Assembly (NCBI GenBank): GCA_040830765.1 | Contig: JBFOMH010000017.1 | Coordinates: forward strand, 96,001 to 160,000 | DNA length: 64,000 bases | Reading direction: 5' to 3' | Source: Puniceicoccaceae bacterium | GTDB taxonomy: Bacteria > Verrucomicrobiota > Verrucomicrobiia > Opitutales > Oceanipulchritudinaceae | Shown: in pieces, positions 56,862 to 64,000 of the stretch | Numbering within the stretch: the stretch's first letter is position 1 | Layout of the letters: each line of letters begins with the position of its first letter | Made by a program: the position numbers and the translations under genes | Notes under the pieces: generated by a model | Database searches by the model: none | What the model saw: only the letters and a program-made list of their open reading frames with translations | Told to the model about the DNA's origin: nothing

Positions 56862-59780
56862 CTACTCTCCATTAAAAACCAACCGCAAGCGGTAGAAGCG
56901 GCGGGGCTGGCTGCCCGAGGAATCGGTCACTTCGACCCATTCGCCGACTGTTCCTGGATTGGTAGAAAGGGTGGTCCAGTTCACCAGGTCATCCGAGGCC
57001 TCGGTGGCGTAGGTCACACCGGCACGCTTGCGGAAAAAGGAGAGGGTGTTTGTCGTCCCGTCGGTGTGGAGTTCGGGCATTCGAACTTCACCAGTTGCCG
57101 GGTCCTCGCCGAATGCATAGAGGAGAAGTTCGTCGTCCGAAGGAACCGCGAGGTAGCTCGTTTTGAGCCAGTTTTCTTTGGCCCATGAAAGGCGGCCGGC
57201 ACCGGCCCCAGCGAACAGGTTCTCGGCGAGATTGACCGGGTCGTCCGTGATGTAAGTGTAGGGCAGGGTACCTCCCGGCAGATTCCATGAAAACGGCTTG
57301 ATCGGTGCCTGGAAGGGCCCCATGGGATTGCCGGAGTCCGTGCTGTCGCCCCGCACCGTGACCGAAACGCCCTCATTATCCGTCATGCGGGTGATGCAAT
57401 CAATGCCCAGTATCTTGCCGGTGTAGACGGGATTGGAGGGATCGGTCTGGTTGTTGCGAAGGGGCGTCAGGCAATCGAGATAGACGGACTTTTCGACCAG
57501 GATGGCTCCATCCTCGGTGGAGATGGTTCCATTGAGGAAGGGGTTGAAATTGTAGGTGCCCGAGCTGCTGAGCTTGGCTGCATCAGTCGGGTTCATGGCC
57601 GCCACGCGCTCGTCACGCAGGCGCTTGGCCTGCCGGGCCCGTTCATCGTCGACCAGAATATTGTAATTGTGCACGTTGCCGGCCCGCAGTCGGGGGAGGC
57701 GGTCCCAGGTGTTCTGGTACCACTGGTGATGGAAGGTGACCGCATGGTCGGCGTTTTCCGAGTTGAGCGAATTGGCGCCGATAAGGTGCGTCTTGCCTGT
57801 GCCCTGGATGACCTGGACGATGTCCTCCACGCTGAATCCCCTGGAGCGGAGGAAATTGTACATTGGGTAGCTGCTTGGATTTTCTTCCAGCTTGTTGATC
57901 TGCTGGCGAACGAAACTATTGGAATTGGTGGCGCCGTCATCGCCCACGTAGTTGTTCCATGAGAAGGTGATGTTGTAGCTGCCCCCCTTGATATCGCAAA
58001 TGCCGTCGTAGGCCTTGGTGAAAGTGCAGTGATCGATCCAGATGTCCCAGACTGTGCCGGCGTTGCCGAGGCTAATGAAGTCCCAGTCGTTGCTGTCGTA
58101 GTCGCCCTTGGAGGCCTCGTCCCATTCCCAGAGCTCATCGAACCTCAGGTTCCGGATGATGATGTTGCTGCTGGCCTTGATGTTGAAGGAGGCATGGCGG
58201 ATGGTTGAGCCGTTGGCAGAGAAGATGGTCAGGCCGGTCTTTCTCTGGATGTCGATGAGGGAAACCCCGGTGACGATCAGGCGGGGATGAAGCTTCGGGG
58301 TGGCATGCTGACGGAAGAGGCTGAAGTCACGCACCGCCGGTTCGACTTCAAGGTAACCGAGATCGAGATCGTTGAGGATCTCGATCACCTTGACGGAGCC
58401 GGACTTGTCCGCGAGGGCGGTGACAAACTCCAGCGGCGTGGCTACCTTGACATAGCCGGGATCGGTTTCCGGGATGACGCCCCCGCCAGTGGTGGCCTCC
58501 CCAAATCCAGCCAGATTGAAGGCCGATGAAGGCAGTCCGGTTGTCGTGGTCAGGATCGCCGTCCCGCTCGTCGCTGCGCCGTAGGCATTGGTCACCGTGA
58601 CATGGTAACCCGCCTCGTCCGCCTCGGAAACGCCAGTCAATTCGAGTACCGACTGGTCCTCTCCAGACATGGGCTCGTTATCCCGGTACCACTGGTAGAC
58701 GAGGGGTTGGGTACCGGTGACCTCGACGGAAAAGAATGCCGTTCCGCCATTGATGATGACCTGGGAATCCGGACCCGACAGGATTTGCGGGGGCTGTGGC
58801 GTTTCGGAAACCGTCAGGCTGGCGGATTCGCTGGTGGCGGAACCCAGGTAGTTTGTGGCCACGCAACTGTAGTCACCGGCCTGCTCAAGCTGGACATTTT
58901 CCAGAACGAGGGTGGCATTTACGGCTCCCGCGAGAGGGGTCTCACCGTGAAACCATTGGAAGCTGGGTGCCGGGGTGCCGGATGCCTCAACGGAAAAGGT
59001 TGCCGTTCCTCCAGTCCCGACCTCCTGCGGCACTGGTTGGAGAGTGATTTGCGGTGCTTCGCCGGCGCCTGCCACGACCGGTGTGAAGGACACGTCATCC
59101 AGTGCCATGGTGTCGTGGGATGCTGTGCTTGAGGAGGCGCTGTTTCTCCATTTCCACCGGATCCAGATGGATTCCCCGACGGGTATGGGAGCCGTGACCA
59201 ATCCACTGTCCAGCGGGGTTACGGAGCCTGCGGAGCCGCCGAGCGAATTTGCCGTCATGCCGCTGATGGCCGTCCAGCCATTGCTGGCGGGAAGGTCATC
59301 TTCCGCCGCCCCGACACGGTACTCCGTCGCGACCGTGACCGTCCGGTTGTCGGTGGATTCCCTCCACTGCTCGATGGAGCAGGCCAGGGTAAATCCGGAC
59401 AGGGGAACCCCGGATGTGTTTGTGAAGCCAAGTCCCATGTAGGTGTCGGCCGTATTGACCCGCGTGTGGTAGTTGATGGCCCGGTCGCTTCCGCTCCCGA
59501 CACTGTGGATCGTCAGGTCGGTGAGGTTGGAAGAGCCGTCATTCGCCCTTGCTGCAGTGTTCAGGCCGCCGCTGGATGGCGCGGCATACCAGCCCTTCAG
59601 GGTACTGTCGTTTCCCCATGTAAAGTCGGCCGACGGCAAGGCGTCAAATGACTGTATGTAACCGTTATCCAGGATTGCCTGATCGATCCCGATGGCGCCC
59701 AGGAATGACGGAAAGAAGGCAGTCAGGCATGCGCAGAGGAGCAGGACTGAACCGAGGCGGGAGTAGTGTGAAAGATGCAT
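56862..59780 (-). CDS. Secreted PL1 pectate lyase with two Ig domains and C-terminal FYRL module
   Basis: TTGGG, NIIIRNL, WIDHC, YDGICDIK, RLPRLRAG; two Ig repeats; start at MHLSHY. Confidence 0.88.
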   Translation of the reverse strand: MHLSHYSRLGSVLLLCACLTAFFPSFLGAIGIDQAILDNGYIQSFDALPSADFTWGNDSTLKGWYAAPSSGGLNTAARANDGSSNLTDLTIHSVGSGSDRAINYHTRVNTADTYMGLGFTNTSGVPLSGFTLACSIEQWRESTDNRTVTVATEYRVGAAEDDLPASNGWTAISGMTANSLGGSAGSVTPLDSGLVTAPIPVGESIWIRWKWRNSASSSTASHDTMALDDVSFTPVVAGAGEAPQITLQPVPQEVGTGGTATFSVEASGTPAPSFQWFHGETPLAGAVNATLVLENVQLEQAGDYSCVATNYLGSATSESASLTVSETPQPPQILSGPDSQVIINGGTAFFSVEVTGTQPLVYQWYRDNEPMSGEDQSVLELTGVSEADEAGYHVTVTNAYGAATSGTAILTTTTGLPSSAFNLAGFGEATTGGGVIPETDPGYVKVATPLEFVTALADKSGSVKVIEILNDLDLGYLEVEPAVRDFSLFRQHATPKLHPRLIVTGVSLIDIQRKTGLTIFSANGSTIRHASFNIKASSNIIIRNLRFDELWEWDEASKGDYDSNDWDFISLGNAGTVWDIWIDHCTFTKAYDGICDIKGGSYNITFSWNNYVGDDGATNSNSFVRQQINKLEENPSSYPMYNFLRSRGFSVEDIVQVIQGTGKTHLIGANSLNSENADHAVTFHHQWYQNTWDRLPRLRAGNVHNYNILVDDERARQAKRLRDERVAAMNPTDAAKLSSSGTYNFNPFLNGTISTEDGAILVEKSVYLDCLTPLRNNQTDPSNPVYTGKILGIDCITRMTDNEGVSVTVRGDSTDSGNPMGPFQAPIKPFSWNLPGGTLPYTYITDDPVNLAENLFAGAGAGRLSWAKENWLKTSYLAVPSDDELLLYAFGEDPATGEVRMPELHTDGTTNTLSFFRKRAGVTYATEASDDLVNWTTLSTNPGTVGEWVEVTDSSGSQPRRFYRLRLVFNGE

Positions 59781-59971
59781 CGGTTGCAATTGTTCCAGTA
59801 GATTGCCTTTCAGGACTCCTCGCGGCGAGGACAAAGTGCTTGTGGGGATGGGTGAATTCGAGGTTTGCCGGTTGGCAATTCCAGCGGCCTGGATGAGCCT
59901 CCTGCTCACGATAATTCCCTTTGACCCCGCAGGTACCGAGCGACTAACTTTCGGCTAACTTCAGTTACCCC

Positions 59972-61744
59972 ATGACCCTCCAAATCATCATCGTCTTCCT
60001 GATCCTCGGCCTTTCAGTGGCGGCCTTTGTCTCGGACCGGATCCGCCACGACCTGATTGGCCTGCTGGTGCTGGTCGCGCTTGGCCTGACCGGGATCCTC
60101 AAGCCGGATGACCTCCTGCATGGATTTGGCAACCGGGCGGTGGTGACCATCGGGGCGATGTTTGTCCTCAGTGCGGCCCTGACCCGGACCGGCACGGTGA
60201 CCGCTCTCAGTGGCAAGCTGGCCAACTACTCGCGAGGGGATCCGTTCCGCTTCCTTGTACTGGCCTTGGTCACGGTCTGCGTGATGTCGGCTTTCATCAA
60301 CAACACCCCCGTGGTCCTGGTCCTGATCCCGGCGGCCCTGACGGTATCCACTAAAGTGGGCATGAGCCCTTCGAAATTCCTCATGCCGATCTCCTTTGCC
60401 TCCATGCTTGGCGGCAGCTGCACGCTGATTGGGACCTCCTCGAACATCCTTGTTTCCTCGATCGCCGAGACCGGGGGATACGGAGCGATCAGTATGTTCG
60501 AGTTTTCCAAGGTGGGAATATTCATCGTCATCGGCGGGATGGCCTATCTGCTCTTCTTCTCCTTCCGTATGCTTCCCGACCGGGTGACCATCGCCTCGAC
60601 ACTGAATCCGGATGCTGCCAAACAATATGTCACACAAGTGCGCCTGGGATCGGATTCCAATCTCATTGGGAAGCGGATGGCGGAGACACCCTTCATGAAG
60701 CTTGGCGTCTCCGTGGTCGAATTGATCCGGGGTGAGCAGATCCGGCGATTGGACAAGGAAACCCCTCTGGAGGAGGACGACATCCTCCTGGTCCGGGGTG
60801 ACTTGAATGATATCCTCGAATTGGACCGCCAGCACGCGGTCACCATCACGCCCGGCGCGCCGAAACCGATTGGCGAGCTCAAGCGGGTGGAGATGACCCT
60901 TTTTGAACTGATGATTGCCCCGGACTCGAATCTTATTGGGCAAAAGTGCAGCAGCATCGGCCTGCGGGAAGAGTACGATGTTTCCATCTTTGCCATCCAG
61001 CGGCGTGGGCGTCATCACCAAAGGGAGATTGGAGAGATCGAGCTCAAGTTGGGGGACATCCTGCTGGTCCGCGGCTCCATCGAGGAGGCGGCGCGGTTAC
61101 GTGACAGCCATGAATTCATCCTCCTCGAGGGGGTCCACGAGGAGCGGGAGGAGCGGCACAAGGCACCCATCGCCATGGCCACTATTGCCACTATCATCGT
61201 GTTGGCAGCCTTCGGGGTCTTTCCGATCAGCGTGCTGGCACTGGGCGGGGTGGGGGTTGTCTTCCTGGCCAAGCTCTTGACTCCCCGGGAAGTCTATCGG
61301 GCGGTCGATTGGCCGGTCCTGGTCCTTATCGCCGGGATGATTTCGCTTGGGGATGCCATGGCCCACACGGGAGCCCTTGATCTGGTGGCCGGCCATCTCA
61401 TTGCCGCAACCGGCGCCCTCGGTACCCACGGCACCCTCTGGGTGTTCTACATCCTCACAGCCGGGCTCAGCCTTTTGATCCTGAACAAGCCGGCCGCTGC
61501 CCTGATGGCACCACTGGGAATGATCCTTGCCCAGCAGCTGGGCGTCGATCCAAAGCCGTTTGTCATGGCCGTGGCCTTTGCCGCTTCGACTGCCATGGCT
61601 ACCCCCATGGGCTACCAGACGAACCTGCTTGTCTACGGGCCGGGTGGCTATGCCTTCAAGGACTTCGTCCGTTTCGGCCTGCCCTTGAACATCTTTGTCG
61701 GCGTCATCGCCTGCCTCACCATCCCCTGGATCTGGCCGTTTTAG
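59972..61744 (+). CDS. SLC13/DASS-family permease with TrkA-C domains
   Basis: [20 protein letters not shown], two TrkA-C repeats, [19 protein letters not shown]. Confidence 0.92.
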   Translation: MTLQIIIVFLILGLSVAAFVSDRIRHDLIGLLVLVALGLTGILKPDDLLHGFGNRAVVTIGAMFVLSAALTRTGTVTALSGKLANYSRGDPFRFLVLALVTVCVMSAFINNTPVVLVLIPAALTVSTKVGMSPSKFLMPISFASMLGGSCTLIGTSSNILVSSIAETGGYGAISMFEFSKVGIFIVIGGMAYLLFFSFRMLPDRVTIASTLNPDAAKQYVTQVRLGSDSNLIGKRMAETPFMKLGVSVVELIRGEQIRRLDKETPLEEDDILLVRGDLNDILELDRQHAVTITPGAPKPIGELKRVEMTLFELMIAPDSNLIGQKCSSIGLREEYDVSIFAIQRRGRHHQREIGEIELKLGDILLVRGSIEEAARLRDSHEFILLEGVHEEREERHKAPIAMATIATIIVLAAFGVFPISVLALGGVGVVFLAKLLTPREVYRAVDWPVLVLIAGMISLGDAMAHTGALDLVAGHLIAATGALGTHGTLWVFYILTAGLSLLILNKPAAALMAPLGMILAQQLGVDPKPFVMAVAFAASTAMATPMGYQTNLLVYGPGGYAFKDFVRFGLPLNIFVGVIACLTIPWIWPF

Positions 61745-63249
61745 GCAGAGTCAGGAGTTCTATTTTGTAATTCAATGACGACGACGGATTTCGCCGGCAA
61801 CTCGATTTGGAGTCTATCCTCGGTCCGGGTATAATCCGTGAAGGGTTGTGCTCGAATCCGGTCAGGTTCTTCAAACGTGTTGTGGGCATCGACCGCATCC
61901 GCCGTCAGGATACGGCCGCTGAGAGGTCCTTCGGGGAGCGCCGAGGCATCCAACATCACGGACACGGGTTCGTTCGGATGCGCGTTGACCAGGGACAGGT
62001 GGACGGTGCCGTTCTCCTTGTTTTTCGAGGCGGAGGCGGAAAGGACTGGAATAGTGTGTTCACCAAGGCCACAAGTTGGCGATTCGATCTTCAGGGGAAG
62101 GAACGTTTCTCCCTGATGGACTTTGAGCATCTCAAAGATCCAGTAGGTTGGGGTGCGGAGCATCTTCTTCCCATCCGTCAGGATCATGGCCTGGAGGACA
62201 TTCACCGTCTGGGCTATGTTGGCCATGCGGACACGGTCTGCATGCCGGTGGAAGATGTGGAAATTGAGGGCTGCGAGGATGGCGTCCCGGAGCGAATTCT
62301 GCTGGTGCAGGAAAGCCCGGTTGGTCCCCGGCTCGACGTTCGTCCAGATGCCCCACTCATCGACCATCAGGCCGACTTTTTTATCGGGATCGTACTTGTC
62401 CATGATGGTCTCATGGGCATTGAGGATGGTTTCCATCTCAAGCGTGCGTGCGAGAGTGGCGAAGTAGGCATCTTCGCCGAATCCGGTCGCCGGCCCCTTG
62501 TCGCTCCACTTGCCCGTCGGCAGGGTGTAGTAATGCAGGGACAACCCGTCCATGTAGCTTGCGGCCCGCTCCATCAGGACCTCTGTCCACTCCAGATTGT
62601 AGTCGTTGGATCCGCAGGCGATGCGGAACACGTGGGGTCCGTGGTCCTTGACGAATGTGTTGTATCGGCGGTAGAGGTCGGCGTAGTACTCCGGGCGCAT
62701 ATTGCCGCCACAGCCCCAGCTCTCATTACCCACCCCAAAAAAATCCAGTGGCCAGGGCTCGTCCCGGCCGTTGGCTCGCCGCAACCTGGCCATGGGCGAA
62801 TCGGCAGGGGAGGTCATGTATTCGACCCATTCCATCATTTCCTGGACTGATCCGCTTCCGACGTTCCCGCAGACATAGGCCTTCGTGTCCAGCAGCTCGA
62901 CCAGGTCGAAGAATTCGTGGGTGCCGAAATGGTTGTTCTCCACAACCTTGCCCCACGTCGTGTTGATCATCGCCGGGCGTTCCGCCCGGGGTCCAATGCC
63001 GTCCTTCCAGTGGTATTCGTCCGCAAAGCAGCCGCCCGGCCACCGAAGGACAGGTATATCCAACTGGCGCAACGCTTCCACGACATCATTGCGGATGCCC
63101 CGTGTGTTGGGGATATCCGAGTCCTCGCCAACCCAGATGCCTTCATAAATACAGCGGCCGAGGTGTTCCGCAAAATGACCGTAGATTTCCGGATGGATGA
63201 CTTGCGGTTCACCATCCCCAAGAATCTGAATACGTGCTTCCTGATGCAT
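61741..63249 (-). CDS. GH51 alpha-L-arabinofuranosidase
   Basis: [47 protein letters not shown]. Confidence 0.95.
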   Translation of the reverse strand: MHQEARIQILGDGEPQVIHPEIYGHFAEHLGRCIYEGIWVGEDSDIPNTRGIRNDVVEALRQLDIPVLRWPGGCFADEYHWKDGIGPRAERPAMINTTWGKVVENNHFGTHEFFDLVELLDTKAYVCGNVGSGSVQEMMEWVEYMTSPADSPMARLRRANGRDEPWPLDFFGVGNESWGCGGNMRPEYYADLYRRYNTFVKDHGPHVFRIACGSNDYNLEWTEVLMERAASYMDGLSLHYYTLPTGKWSDKGPATGFGEDAYFATLARTLEMETILNAHETIMDKYDPDKKVGLMVDEWGIWTNVEPGTNRAFLHQQNSLRDAILAALNFHIFHRHADRVRMANIAQTVNVLQAMILTDGKKMLRTPTYWIFEMLKVHQGETFLPLKIESPTCGLGEHTIPVLSASASKNKENGTVHLSLVNAHPNEPVSVMLDASALPEGPLSGRILTADAVDAHNTFEEPDRIRAQPFTDYTRTEDRLQIELPAKSVVVIELQNRTPDSA

Positions 63250-63406
63250 AGGTCTGTTTGTTTAGGCTGGCTGAAGGAGAGGACTTCATGCCAGAATGTG
63301 TTATAGAAGACAAACCTGACCATGTCTTCCCTGCACCTTTGCCCATGCTGTACCGTATATCAATGATCCCCTTGAGAGAGCAGCAAATAGCCTGTGTTAC
63401 CGAGAA

Positions 63407-64000
63407 ATGAGGCCACCGTTACCAGAATCCGGCGATAGTGGACCCTGCCTTTCCGTCGACCTTGGCGGTTCGAAGCTGCTGCTGGGGCTGGTTCAAGCCG
63501 ATGGGTCGATTCAGGCTGTTCAACGGGTGGAACCGGCACCTGAACAAGGGGAGAAGCTCCTCGAGATCATTTCTGGATACGTTGATTCGCTTTCACCAGA
63601 CAAGCGGGATTTGCCAAAGCGCTGTGGGGTTGCTGTCCCGGGATTGACGGATTCGGCCGGCGGCCTGTGGCGGCATTCAAGTTATTCCGGTGTGGAGGAT
63701 TGGCCCATCCGGGATGAGCTGGAGGAGCGGCTGGGGATGCCTGTTTTCATAGCCAATGATGTGGATGCTTGCGCTGTCGGGGAGCGGCTCTGGGGTGGGG
63801 CTGCGCATGAACCAAATTACCTCTGGATCACTCTTAGCAATGGAGTGGGCGGTGCCATTGTGCTGGATGGCCACCTGTACCGCGGTCCCGGATTTGCGGC
63901 CGGGGAAGTCGGGCACATGAAAGCAGTACGGGACGGGATTCCCTGTGAGTGTGGCGGTCGTGGTTGCCTCGAACAATATGCTTCCGGTCGGGCCATTAGC
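63407..64000 (+). CDS. ROK-family sugar kinase (partial, runs off the window)
   Basis: Hand translation from ATG 63407: VDLGGSK...VPG...IANDVD...GVGGAI...AGEVGH...CECGGRGCLEQYAS; not in the ORF track. Confidence 0.9.
   Translation, partial: MRPPLPESGDSGPCLSVDLGGSKLLLGLVQADGSIQAVQRVEPAPEQGEKLLEIISGYVDSLSPDKRDLPKRCGVAVPGLTDSAGGLWRHSSYSGVEDWPIRDELEERLGMPVFIANDVDACAVGERLWGGAAHEPNYLWITLSNGVGGAIVLDGHLYRGPGFAAGEVGHMKAVRDGIPCECGGRGCLEQYASGRAIS

Overview
Densely coded, GC-rich bacterial chromosome segment. It is probably from Verrucomicrobiota (Opitutales/Puniceicoccaceae-like); this is inferred from a HEAT-repeat/Tat-oxidoreductase pair, 'FYR'-ending modules and Trp/Tyr-rich C-terminal tails on secreted proteins. 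About 49 CDSs are supported. Housekeeping genes include prfB (with its +1 programmed frameshift), alaS, leuB, purH, priA, ald, a sigma-70 factor and 2-oxoacid:ferredoxin oxidoreductase alpha/beta. Accessory loci are: a tail-collar/GNAT pair; a HAD + deoxyhypusine-synthase-like + HldE-type kinase operon; a TonB receptor; a DUF1566x2-sulfatase fusion tied to an OmpR-type two-component system and an EF-hand protein; an octaheme (OTR-family) cytochrome with an extra Trp-rich C-terminal tail; and a carbohydrate-active block around tRNA-Ser(CGA). A degenerate copy of the tRNA 3' end at about 54645-54667 delimits a ~3.9 kb integrase-less islet carrying a divergent trehalase and a two-fold polysaccharide lyase. 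Three REP-like repeat types and two heptamer tandem arrays are present. No CRISPR array, rRNA, transposase or integrase was seen. The most intriguing leads are (i) portable surface-anchoring/sorting modules on secreted proteins, including a multiheme cytochrome, (ii) the DHS-like sugar-phosphate operon and (iii) the tRNA-Ser islet. All family calls come from motif recognition by eye; no database searches were run.
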